In this document: positions 1 through 8,966 of the stretch, in pieces
How positions within the stretch are numbered: position 1 is the stretch's first letter
Layout: each line of letters begins with the position of its first letter
NCBI GenBank assembly: GCA_964625085.1
Contig: CAZVAJ010000013.1
Location: forward strand, 1 to 18,902
DNA: 18,902 bases
Source: Candidatus Micrarchaeota archaeon
GTDB taxonomy: Archaea; B1Sed10-29; JAJSAI01
Reading direction: 5' to 3'
The notes under the pieces: generated by a model
Told to the model about the DNA's origin: nothing
The model's database searches: none
What the model saw: only the letters and a program-made list of their open reading frames with translations
Position numbers and translations under genes: made by a program

Positions 1-993
1 AGCGTGGACATGATGAAGCAAACTGCACTAAGCACGTTGAACACTTTCTGGAACACGTTCTTGTTCGCTAAAAAGTACTTTCAGCTTCATGAGTATACAG
101 GAGAAGTGCCTGAAGAACTTGAGATTGAAGACAGGTGGCTGCTTGGACGGTTAAACAGCACAATCCAAGAGATGGAACAAGCATACTCTGAAGACCTTAA
201 CACTAACAAAGCAGCAAGGGCATGGTTCAATTTCGTGGTTAATGACCTCAGTAAAACATACATCAAGTTCGTGAGGAGCAGGATAAAGGAAAACAGAAAC
301 AGGGATGCTGTTTATTACTGTCTTCAGCAGGGGCTGGAAAAATCCAGCATTGTAGGATGTACCATAATCCCCTTTCTGTCTGATGAGGTGTATCTGGGTA
401 TTTCAGGAAAAGAAGAAAGTGTTCACCTTGAAACATGGCCTGATGTTGATGAAGAGATGATAGACGAAAAACTTGAGGAGAGGGTGGAAAAAGCTAAAGA
501 GATAATAGAAGCAGGCCTTAGCATAAGAAACGAGGTTAAAATAAAAGTAAGACAACCTCTTTCAGAACTGACAGTTGAAACAGAGGACCCTCTTGTTGAA
601 GATGCTGTTCGTGAACTAGGTCATCTTATAGCAGACCAGGTTAACGTCAAGAAGGTGCTGATCGGGAAACCTGAAGGAGAAGTAAAAGATTGCCCTGGGT
701 TTAGAGTAGGCTTGGACACTAGGATAACTGAAGAACTAAAAAGAGAAGGCTTCACAAGAGAAGTCATCCGGGCAGTGCAGCAGGCGAGGAAAGAGTTAAA
801 GCTCGTGGAAACAGATCAGGTGGTCGTGCAAGCGGTTGGCTCAGAACTAGAGAAGTGGTTGCTGGTTCAGGATGTTAAGGATGCAGCCAACGTTGCGGAG
901 TTTGACATTAGTACGAATAAGACCATGGATGGAAAGGAGAAGAAGCTCAAGCTTGATGGCCAAGAAGTTATTATTGTAGTAAAGAGGGCGTGA
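1..993 (+). CDS. ileS: Isoleucyl-tRNA synthetase, C-terminal part (anticodon-binding and C-terminal domains); 5'-truncated by window
   Basis: Motifs EDRWLL, NDLSKTYIKFVRSR, IIPFLSDEVY, ESVHLETWP, IKVRQPL and DTRITEELKREGFTREVIRAVQQARK are typical of archaeal/eukaryote-type IleRS; frame is open from base 1. Confidence 0.92.
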   Translation, partial: SVDMMKQTALSTLNTFWNTFLFAKKYFQLHEYTGEVPEELEIEDRWLLGRLNSTIQEMEQAYSEDLNTNKAARAWFNFVVNDLSKTYIKFVRSRIKENRNRDAVYYCLQQGLEKSSIVGCTIIPFLSDEVYLGISGKEESVHLETWPDVDEEMIDEKLEERVEKAKEIIEAGLSIRNEVKIKVRQPLSELTVETEDPLVEDAVRELGHLIADQVNVKKVLIGKPEGEVKDCPGFRVGLDTRITEELKREGFTREVIRAVQQARKELKLVETDQVVVQAVGSELEKWLLVQDVKDAANVAEFDISTNKTMDGKEKKLKLDGQEVIIVVKRA

Positions 994-1018
994 AAGAAAA
1001 AAAGGAGAGAAAAAGGCT

Positions 1019-1087
1019 TCAAGCCAACGTTCTGAGGATAAGGCTCACCCAACCAAGTGGATCGTATATTATACTGTCAAAAATCAT
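1019..1087 (-). CDS. Possible 22-aa peptide MIFDSIIYDPLGWVSLILRTLA (alternatively a ~50-nt sRNA)
   Basis: Hand-translated ATG(1087)..TGA(1019); followed on the minus strand by GGCT-TGA-AGCC hairpin and T-runs; divergent from the Lrp gene. Confidence 0.3.
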   Translation of the reverse strand: MIFDSIIYDPLGWVSLILRTLA

Positions 1088-1153
1088 ATTTAAACCTATT
1101 GTTATTTTCAGCTTTTTTTTGTCATAAGAACAAAATTAGTTAAGAAGAATTGT

Positions 1154-1326
1154 AAAATATTCGGAATTTTAAGACTCTATGCCAAAAAAGTCAAACAATT
1201 ATTAAAAATAACGTGATTTGTCGGATAATCTTCTAAAAAACCAATGCGCTGCGTTTTTTTACCTTTTTTTCGCAGTATAACCGGAAAAAAAGGGGTATTG
1301 TACAAAATCTTTGGAAAAAATCTGGA
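1154..1326. promoter_or_regulatory. Phased operator-like sites upstream of the Lrp gene
   Basis: YCGGA cores at 1161, 1221 and 1281 (60-bp spacing), TTGGA at 1311, CTGGA at 1322; the first two have inverted flanks (AAAAT..ATTTT; GATT..AATC); AT-rich region. Confidence 0.4.
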
Positions 1327-1340
1327 AAAACCTTCGTACT

Positions 1341-1347
1341 TTTTATA
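1341..1347 (+). promoter_or_regulatory. TATA box of leaderless Lrp gene
   Basis: TTTTATA about 24 nt before ATG 1371. Confidence 0.6.
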
Positions 1348-1370
1348 CTTGTTTAGCCAAAAAAAGTAAC

Positions 1371-1829
1371 ATGAGGTATAATCTTGATGAACTTGACAGA
1401 AAGATAATCAACCTGCTTCAAGAAAATGCGCGGATGAAAAACTCTGAAATTGCGCAAAAACTGGGAAAACCAACCAGCACCATATACGAAAGAGTAAAAA
1501 AGCTTGAAAAGGCCGGCGTGATAAAAGGATATCGCGCTGTCGTAGACCCAAGAAAAGTAGGTTACGAGATAGTGGGTTTCATTCTAGGCGAACCAAGATA
1601 TACTGAGGATCTTGATTGGGAAGAGGTGGGAAGAAAACTTGCTAAAATACCAGGGGTCCAAGAAGTATACTTTTTAACAGGACAAGATGACTACCTACTA
1701 AAACTCAGGGCAAAGGATTCTGATGACTACTCCCGGATAACACAAGAAGCAGCAAAGATACTCTCAAAGAACGCACGTGGAATGCTATGCCCCAAAGTGT
1801 TGCTAGAAGAGAGCAAAATAGAGTTATGA
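1371..1829 (+). CDS. Lrp/AsnC family transcriptional regulator
   Basis: LDELDRKIINLLQENARMKNSEIAQKLG...TIYERVKKLEKAGVIKGY wHTH plus RAM domain (VQEVYFLTGQDDYLLK); ATG 1371 preferred over TTG 1311. Confidence 0.95.
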   Translation: MRYNLDELDRKIINLLQENARMKNSEIAQKLGKPTSTIYERVKKLEKAGVIKGYRAVVDPRKVGYEIVGFILGEPRYTEDLDWEEVGRKLAKIPGVQEVYFLTGQDDYLLKLRAKDSDDYSRITQEAAKILSKNARGMLCPKVLLEESKIEL

Positions 1830-1845
1830 TCACAGAGGGGTAGGA

Positions 1846-2571
1846 ATGAGCATCCTGGAAATTTCAGACGGCAGCATAAAAGGCAACAAAACAAGGTTTA
1901 TAGAAGAACTTGAACTACAGCATCACAAAAAGTGGAAGGAGATATACAAGGAGATCGGAGCAGTTCAAACAGAACCAACCAATTTTATGAAAGAAAATGT
2001 TCACCTGCTATTAAAAAAAGACGCCAGGGTCCTAGACATAGGATGTGGGACCGGCAGGAACACCAGATACATACACGAAAAAGGAATAGAAGTCATAGGA
2101 GTGGATAAGTTAGAAGAAGCGATCAAAATCGCAAAACTTAAAGCACCAGACATCCACTTCGAAGTCGCTGATGCGCAGACTCTGCCATTCCCGGACAACT
2201 CATTCTCAGGAGTAGTATGCCTACATGTCATAGAACATCACCTTCCAGAAGAGATACGACAGATAATCAGAGAGATTGCAAGGGTCGTCAAAAAAGGAGG
2301 CATTCTCTTACTAAGCACTGTATCAGTAAGGGACTCGGCAAAAGGAAACGGAAAAAGACTTTGTGACAACACGTACATAGGAATCGAAACTTTCCTAGAT
2401 GGAGGAGAAATACACCACTTTTTCACAAGAACAGAGCTGATAAATCTTTTAGGAAAATACTTTGATATTATTGACATACACCACAGCACGTACTCCAATT
2501 TTGACCAACTAGAAACAGAAGACTCCAGTGTAAAAATCGCACACTGGCATGTGGTGGCCAGAAAAAGGTAG
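1846..2571 (+). CDS. Class I SAM-dependent methyltransferase
   Basis: VLDIGCGTGRN motif I, GVD, ADAQTLPFPDNSFSGV, RVVKKGG; GAGGGG RBS-like sequence; 16 bp after Lrp. Confidence 0.93.
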   Translation: MSILEISDGSIKGNKTRFIEELELQHHKKWKEIYKEIGAVQTEPTNFMKENVHLLLKKDARVLDIGCGTGRNTRYIHEKGIEVIGVDKLEEAIKIAKLKAPDIHFEVADAQTLPFPDNSFSGVVCLHVIEHHLPEEIRQIIREIARVVKKGGILLLSTVSVRDSAKGNGKRLCDNTYIGIETFLDGGEIHHFFTRTELINLLGKYFDIIDIHHSTYSNFDQLETEDSSVKIAHWHVVARKR

Positions 2572-2575
2572 CTGG
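2562..2575. repeat. 14-bp direct repeat AAAAAGGTAGCTGG, left copy
   Basis: Identical to 3592-3605; abuts the stop codon of the orphan ORF. Confidence 0.85.
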
Positions 2576-3586
2576 CTATCTTCTCTTTCTTTTTAACCTC
2601 CCTTCCATTTCCTTTGCCTTTGCATACATTTTGTCTGCATTACCAAGCCTAAGCGCAGATCTTGCCATGAATCGAATGAATGGATCTTTTGAGTTCAAAG
2701 CTCTTCTTTGTTCAGCAGAACTCATAGAATTAAACCAGTTCTCTACCTGCTTTTTAATGTTTCTAGGAAGAGGATTACGGCGCCCAGGCCAGTACCACCT
2801 GCGCATGTTTTTTATGTCTGAAACAAGCCTCTGCCACACAAGCTCAGCATCCTTTTCAGTGCTAGCAGGCACGTTCCTTTCTTTCATGATGACCGGAAGG
2901 CTTACTGGAAGACTCTGCCCTGCGAGAGTTTTCTTTTCGCTTACCTTATATTTCCTCTGCAGTAGGTTCATGTACTCTGACCTAAAAGATTCATACTCCA
3001 CAGCAGCCTTTACCTTGTAAAGATTTGTCCTCCATATCTTTTCCACTTCTTTTTCCGTGTTTTTGCCGGCCACTGCTTTTTTTATTTCATCATGCAGTTT
3101 AACTCCTGCAATTCGCCAAGCATCAAGGTATGCCCTTGCAGGATGGACTCGCATACCCTTTACTGCTTCAATAACCTGTTCTATCTCCCGGGCAAACTCC
3201 TTTTGCATCTGTTTAATCTCAGGAGTCTGGGGCCCGAGAAAAGAAAACCTTTCAACGTCTATGCTGGGCGTGTGCAATAGGAACAAGCTGGCTGCTCTCT
3301 GTGCCTGTTTATGGTTGATTTCAGGATTGCGCTTTCCAGAAATTCCTATAAGCTCCCAAACTTGCTTTACATCCTTCCGGTAACTTTTTGGAATATACTT
3401 AAGGTTAAAACCCTCAGGACCTGGAAGCGCAGCATAAGCAAGTAGAGCAAGGTCCTTCTTTACTGTTTCGTATGACACGTTGTGCATGCGCGCGAACCTA
3501 TCAAGAGACGTGTACCTTAGCTCCTGCTGGTTGCTGTTAACATATTCTATTAGTTCTTTAAGCCTCTGAATCCGTTTGCTGTTCAT
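2576..3586 (-). CDS. Orphan basic protein (336 aa) with probable N-terminal HTH
   Basis: Long ORF; SLDRFARMHNVSYETVKKDL resembles a DeoR-type HTH; K/R-rich tail GRLKRKRR; TATAAATA (3614-3607, minus) about 21 nt upstream of ATG 3586. Confidence 0.75.
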   Translation of the reverse strand: MNSKRIQRLKELIEYVNSNQQELRYTSLDRFARMHNVSYETVKKDLALLAYAALPGPEGFNLKYIPKSYRKDVKQVWELIGISGKRNPEINHKQAQRAASLFLLHTPSIDVERFSFLGPQTPEIKQMQKEFAREIEQVIEAVKGMRVHPARAYLDAWRIAGVKLHDEIKKAVAGKNTEKEVEKIWRTNLYKVKAAVEYESFRSEYMNLLQRKYKVSEKKTLAGQSLPVSLPVIMKERNVPASTEKDAELVWQRLVSDIKNMRRWYWPGRRNPLPRNIKKQVENWFNSMSSAEQRRALNSKDPFIRFMARSALRLGNADKMYAKAKEMEGRLKRKRR

Positions 3587-3591
3587 GAACA

Positions 3592-3605
3592 AAAAAGGTA
3601 GCTGG
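3592..3605. repeat. 14-bp direct repeat AAAAAGGTAGCTGG, right copy
   Basis: Identical to 2562-2575; lies between the TATA box and start codon of the orphan ORF. Confidence 0.85.
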
Positions 3606-3623
3606 TTATTTATACTGTTTTTG

Positions 3624-3725
3624 TTAGGAGAATCTTATTGCTAGTATTGCGAAGGTTAAGGCTATGAGCACCACTGCAGCTGTAAGCAGATAGATCACAA
3701 GATCCCTATCTTTTTCTTTTGCCAT
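3624..3725 (-). CDS. 33-aa single-pass membrane peptide MAKEKDRDLVIYLLTAAVVLIALTFAILAIRFS
   Basis: Hand-translated ATG(3725)..TAA(3624); charged N-terminus plus ~22 hydrophobic residues; TTTATAT (minus, ~3755-3749) at leaderless spacing. Confidence 0.65.
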   Translation of the reverse strand: MAKEKDRDLVIYLLTAAVVLIALTFAILAIRFS

Positions 3726-3873
3726 GATAAACAGAAAAGGGGCAGTGAATATAAATGTTGCTGGCTGGTGCACCAAAAGGTTTTTAAAAGAGAGATAATG
3801 AAAATTTTACGGATGGGCATCCACTTATACGATTACTTATGCTTAAAAATTCTAAAAAGGAGGTAGATGATAA

Positions 3874-5508
<1,635 letters not shown>

Positions 5509-5546
5509 AAAACCCCTTTTTCTAAACCCTTTTATTAAACTCTTTT
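5509..5546. terminator. T-rich terminator zone between convergent genes
   Basis: AAAC(C/T)C(C)TTTT units repeated three times right after the thermosome stop. Confidence 0.45.
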
Positions 5547-5899
5547 TCAGCCCACCTGACATGATTAACAAGTGCAGTGACTGCTGTTTTTTTCAGACCG
5601 TATCCTATCATGCCCTGAGAGTAGACGCTTATAACAAGTTCATACAGCATGTACGCTAGAGCATAATACTCTGCCGGAGTCACTTCTTCAGGGATGAATC
5701 CCAGTGGCTTGAACAAAGAACAGAAAGAGATAACATCTTCTATCACACTCGGGGCCAGTTCTGAACTGTTTGTCCGGGCCATTGTGATCATTTCAAGGAT
5801 CCTGAACATATCCAGGTGCTTTTCCGCGAGTTTTTTTTCTTGCTCGCGCTTGTGTTCTTCCCTAAGCATTTTCAGCACGCGGTGGTGGCCTGGAGCCAT
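5522..5899 (-). CDS. Hypothetical helical protein (125 aa)
   Basis: ORF fills the gap; TTTTATA (minus, 5928-5922) about 23 nt upstream of ATG. Confidence 0.7.
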   Translation of the reverse strand: MAPGHHRVLKMLREEHKREQEKKLAEKHLDMFRILEMITMARTNSSELAPSVIEDVISFCSLFKPLGFIPEEVTPAEYYALAYMLYELVISVYSQGMIGYGLKKTAVTALVNHVRWAEKEFNKRV

Positions 5900-5988
5900 G
5901 AATAATAATACTGCAGGAGTGTATAAAATACTTGCCGCGCTAGTGCGCGGGCGAAAAGCATTTTTTCACTCACGCACTTATTCTACGC

Positions 5989-6606
5989 ATGGCAAGACTC
6001 CTTAATTTTAGCCTGCTAGTGCCGTACCACTACTGCAAGTATCAAGTATACCTCTCAGAATACCTCAAGATAAAGGCACCGGTATCTCAAGCCCTCATTA
6101 CAGGACTAAAAAAGCACAAGCAACTTGAGCAGGAGTTCCTGCTTGAAGCAGAAGAGATTGAAATCCCATTACCCGAACTTGTTGGCAGGGTTCTGGAAGG
6201 CCTTGAACCTGCGTTCATAACAAGGGAGATCCCCCTGGTCTCGCGTTCTCTCATGCTCAAAGGGAGGGTTGACGAGCTTGAAGTGCATGCGGACAAGGCT
6301 GTTGTTACGGATGATAAGCCGAGGTTATCTGAGGGGGGAAAAAGCCAAGTGCTCGCGTATTCACTGGCTTTCAGAGAACAGTTCCTGTTCCCAGGTAAAA
6401 TCATGGCAAAGGTCAGGCATAGGGACACGAAAGAAGAACTGTGGACAGAATGGCTTAGCAAAAGTTATGTGCGCAGGATAAAAAGGGAAGCTGCGGAACT
6501 GCACGCGATCGCTGAGGGCAAAGAACCTGAACCTTGTAAGGATCCTGTGAAATGCGCAAGATGCAGGTACAAGCTTTCGTGCCCAGCCCGGCAGGGGAAG
6601 CAATAA
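5989..6606 (+). CDS. cas4: Solo Cas4-like PD-(D/E)XK nuclease with predicted Fe-S cysteines
   Basis: N-terminal YHYC, GRVDEL..DDK catalytic motifs, QVLAY motif, C-terminal CARC-x5-C; no cas1/cas2 or array in window. Confidence 0.8.
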   Translation: MARLLNFSLLVPYHYCKYQVYLSEYLKIKAPVSQALITGLKKHKQLEQEFLLEAEEIEIPLPELVGRVLEGLEPAFITREIPLVSRSLMLKGRVDELEVHADKAVVTDDKPRLSEGGKSQVLAYSLAFREQFLFPGKIMAKVRHRDTKEELWTEWLSKSYVRRIKREAAELHAIAEGKEPEPCKDPVKCARCRYKLSCPARQGKQ

Positions 6607-6631
6607 AAACAATGTCCTTATTAATCTATTC

Positions 6632-6967
6632 ATGAAGCTTGCTATAGTTGAAGTTGAGGGAACAGACTCGAAAGAGTTTGGAGAAGCGCTTGCTGAAGAG
6701 ATAGTAAACCTTGACCTTGCGTGGAAAAAAGTGGGGGATTATCTTGATGCTCTTGCACTGCTTAAAAGGAACGAGGACGCGGACATACTCATGCTTGTAG
6801 CTCCCCATGAAACCGCAAACGAGCAGTGGCAGCCTTTCCTTAACGCTCTTGCAGAGTTTGAAGCCAGCTCAGGCAACACAGTCATAAAAGTGTTCTACGA
6901 AGAACCAGAAGACCTTGAGAAAGGGCTTCAGGAAGCTAAGGAAAGGATAATCAGCATGTTGTCCTGA
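6632..6967 (+). CDS. Hypothetical acidic alpha/beta protein, possibly lumazine/riboflavin-synthase-like fold
   Basis: Clean ORF; MKLAIVEV...DADILMLV pattern only loosely recalls archaeal riboflavin synthase. Confidence 0.6.
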   Translation: MKLAIVEVEGTDSKEFGEALAEEIVNLDLAWKKVGDYLDALALLKRNEDADILMLVAPHETANEQWQPFLNALAEFEASSGNTVIKVFYEEPEDLEKGLQEAKERIISMLS

Positions 6968-7612
6968 TCAAGAGTAATCTGATAGTTTTTTCTGAGGTCT
7001 TTTGTGGCGTCTTGCAGTTGACCAGCTTTTCCTGACTTCTACAGGATACTTGCTTGCATGCGCTTGCAAGAACCTTATTGTCCTTTCATCATGAGGATAT
7101 CCTGTGCCAATCTCTGCCTCGTACTTCTCTTCTATCTTTTTCATTTTATCATCTCTGACTGTTTTTGCTATTATTGAGGCAGCAGATACAACAGGGTATT
7201 TTTGGTCTGCCTTGTGCTCTAACACGAATTCAGGTTTGTGGGAACAGTACTTCATTATTCTTCTTTTAAACAACAGAGAGGTAGGGTCTGGCAGGTCTGC
7301 TATTACTTTATCTGGTTTGAGGTTCTCGATGAGTTCTGCCATTTTCATTGCCTCAAGCTCGTTCAGGGACATGCGCTTTCTCATCTTGTCAATATCTGCT
7401 GCACTCACCTCAACAACCTGAACAGTATCTGCCTCTTCCCTTATTTTGCGGGCAAGTTCTTCTCTTCTTTTTTTAGATAACAGTTTTGAGTCCTTAACGC
7501 CAAGTTCCCTCAGTTTTTCTTCTTTTTCTGCGTCAATAAGCACTCCTGCTATTATCATCGGGCCTATTACAGGCCCTCTGCCTGCTTCATCGATTCCAAG
7601 GATCTTCATCAT
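6968..7612 (-). CDS. rnhB: Ribonuclease HII
   Basis: GIDEAGRGPVIGPM, VKDSK, HKAD, VSAASIIAK, GTGYP; C-terminal PIP box QKKLSDY. Confidence 0.98.
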   Translation of the reverse strand: MMKILGIDEAGRGPVIGPMIIAGVLIDAEKEEKLRELGVKDSKLLSKKRREELARKIREEADTVQVVEVSAADIDKMRKRMSLNELEAMKMAELIENLKPDKVIADLPDPTSLLFKRRIMKYCSHKPEFVLEHKADQKYPVVSAASIIAKTVRDDKMKKIEEKYEAEIGTGYPHDERTIRFLQAHASKYPVEVRKSWSTARRHKRPQKKLSDYS

Positions 7613-7656
7613 AAGATTTTAAAATCATGGCATATTAAAATAAGAAGGTGAAGGCA

Positions 7657-7911
7657 ATGGAAGCAGTCGTAGTTTCTTACAGGAAAGGAAGAAGAGCAAA
7701 CCATCCTCAGCAGGCAATAGTGTCTGTGAAAGGAGTAAAAGACAGAGACTCTGCGAAGAAGCTTGTAGGGAAAAGGATAAAGGCATTTACCAAGAAAGGA
7801 AAAGAGGTTATAGGCACGGTGACAGGCGCGCATGGTAACAGCGGAAGAATTCGGGCAAGGTTCTCCAAAAACCTTCCAGCTGAACTGCTGAAAGCAGAGA
7901 TAGTTGAATGA
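7657..7911 (+). CDS. rpl35ae: 50S ribosomal protein L35Ae
   Basis: SYRKGRR...HGNSGRIRARFSKNLP signature; GGTGA RBS before ATG 7657. Confidence 0.95.
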   Translation: MEAVVVSYRKGRRANHPQQAIVSVKGVKDRDSAKKLVGKRIKAFTKKGKEVIGTVTGAHGNSGRIRARFSKNLPAELLKAEIVE

Positions 7912-8966
7912 TAATGAAAACCAAGAGAATAAAAGAGGGTAAAGCCTCTCTTTTAATCCCTGATCCTGCCCAGTACGAGAGTAAGTACAAAGCGCCTGTT
8001 TTTTACAATCCAGTAATGGAAGCAGACCGCAGTCTTTCGGTAAAACTGCTGAAGGAAAAGTTCGGAAAGAAAGATTATAAGGCAGCAGACTGCCTGTCTG
8101 GAACAGGAGCCAGGGCGGTCAGGTACGCTGTAGAAGCTGGAGCAGAAGCCTACGCTAATGATCATAATCCAAAAGCAGTACAGCTGATCAAAAAGAACGT
8201 GGAACTGAACAATGTAAGGGTACGCGTGTTTCACAAGGATGCAAGAGTATTTCTCCTAGAACAAAAACCGTTTGATGTTGTGGATATAGACCCGTTTGGT
8301 TCTCCAGCCAGTTTCATTCCTGCAGCAGTCAGCAGCGTAAAAGGCAAAGGGAGCATGATCTTTGCCACCGCGACCGATACAGGGGCTTTAAGCTCTGCTT
8401 TTCCTGTTGTCCTCCTAAGGAGGTATGGAATAAACGGGGCTCGGACCAGTTTCTACCCTGAATTTGGGGTCAGAAACCTAGCGTACGTTCTTCTCAGAGA
8501 AGGGGCTAAAGAAGACGCCTGCTTTACACCCTTTTATTCTTACGCCCGCCAGCACTACTACCGTGTTTTCTCGGTCCACTCAGGCTGGGCCAAGACCGCG
8601 AGCAGAACCCTGCACAGTGAAGCAGGATACTATGAGTACTGCAAGAAATGCGACTACAGAAAAAGAGTGCCATACGCTGATCTTGATTTTCAGGGCAATT
8701 GTCCTGTATGCGGCAGCAAACTTAGCATAATAGGCCCAACGTTCCTTGGAAAACTCTGGGAAAATCTTGACTTTAAGGACCCGTACATTGACCTGCACTA
8801 CTTTGCCAAAAGAAACAGGATAAGAGTGCCACGCACCAGTAATGTGATAAACCTACTCCAAAGAGAGGGTTATCGTGCAGAAAAGTCCCCTTTTACTGGA
8901 AAAGGCATCCTAACCAACGCAGGGTTCGAGGACTTTAGGGACATTGTGCTCAGAGCAGGAGCTTGA
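7908..8966 (+). CDS. trm1: tRNA (guanine-26, N2)-dimethyltransferase Trm1
   Basis: VFYNPVM, LSGTGARAVRY, DIDPFGSP, TATD, HYYRVF motifs and CxxC..CxxC; ATGA overlap with rpl35ae. Confidence 0.95.
   Translation: MIMKTKRIKEGKASLLIPDPAQYESKYKAPVFYNPVMEADRSLSVKLLKEKFGKKDYKAADCLSGTGARAVRYAVEAGAEAYANDHNPKAVQLIKKNVELNNVRVRVFHKDARVFLLEQKPFDVVDIDPFGSPASFIPAAVSSVKGKGSMIFATATDTGALSSAFPVVLLRRYGINGARTSFYPEFGVRNLAYVLLREGAKEDACFTPFYSYARQHYYRVFSVHSGWAKTASRTLHSEAGYYEYCKKCDYRKRVPYADLDFQGNCPVCGSKLSIIGPTFLGKLWENLDFKDPYIDLHYFAKRNRIRVPRTSNVINLLQREGYRAEKSPFTGKGILTNAGFEDFRDIVLRAGA

Noticed and set aside
1008..1065. CTGAGGA as a hammerhead core
   Set aside because: No stem II followed by GAAA and no cleavage triplet in the right place
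1311..1370. TTG-started N-terminal extension of Lrp
   Set aside because: Covers the TATA box; family similarity starts at ATG 1371
3728..3746. AAACAGAAAAGGGGC resembling the RNase P RNA 3' motif
   Set aside because: No matching 5' GAGGAA motif or GC-rich body; lies in the microprotein promoter
5900..6700. CRISPR array near cas4
   Set aside because: No repeat-spacer periodicity seen anywhere in the window
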